A DNA stretch of 64,000 nucleotides, taken from positions 24,924,001-24,988,000 of the forward strand of contig NC_043010.1 of the NCBI RefSeq assembly GCF_006345805.1, written 5' to 3'. Below, piece by piece: positions 63,877-64,000 of the stretch (the first letter of the stretch is position 1; each line of letters begins with the position of its first letter). A program made the position numbers and the translations under genes. Source of the DNA: Octopus sinensis (taxonomy: Eukaryota). The notes beneath the pieces were generated by a model, which was not told the origin of the DNA, searched no databases, and worked only from the letters and a program-made list of their open reading frames with translations.

Positions 63877-64000
63877 ATTTGTATGTAGGTGTATATGTAT
63901 GTGTGTGTATTTATATTTATTGGTGTATATGTATAGACTAGCCTTCTAAGAGTGTAGACCTGAATCTGTAGGTACGCGTACGTATGTGTATATACGTGAA

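Overview
Repeat-dense animal genomic DNA, most likely a cephalopod such as Octopus. That assignment is inferred from the SINE families, the dense TA/TATG/TAA microsatellites and an 18S with large GC-rich expansions. Bases 1-36,600 are a mosaic of tRNA-derived SINEs, decayed LINEs (R4/Dong, Tx1/L1, CR1), Penelope-like elements with hammerhead-like motifs, mariner, hAT and Helitron pieces, plus exons of a probable secreted protein with a Thr-rich linker and two 6-Cys repeats. Bases 36,600-52,600 hold one minus-strand rDNA unit that is internally deleted (no 5.8S or 5' part of 28S, gaps in 18S). Its 28S carries a ~4.55 kb R2 retrotransposon with three zinc fingers, RT and RLE at the canonical R2 site. 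Bases 52,600-60,958 are an AT-rich higher-order satellite ending at a 100-N gap. The most notable observation is a ~1.7 kb non-coding element in the spacer downstream of 28S (39,694-41,373, minus). It is flanked by rearranged copies of the 28S R2/R1 target region. It folds by hand into a complete HDV-like ribozyme whose core matches the 5' end of the neighbouring R2, and it ends in the same 3'-terminal motif as that R2. This looks like a non-autonomous R2-dependent RNA element (SIDE-like) living in the rDNA spacer. All RNA folds were done by eye and activity is untested.
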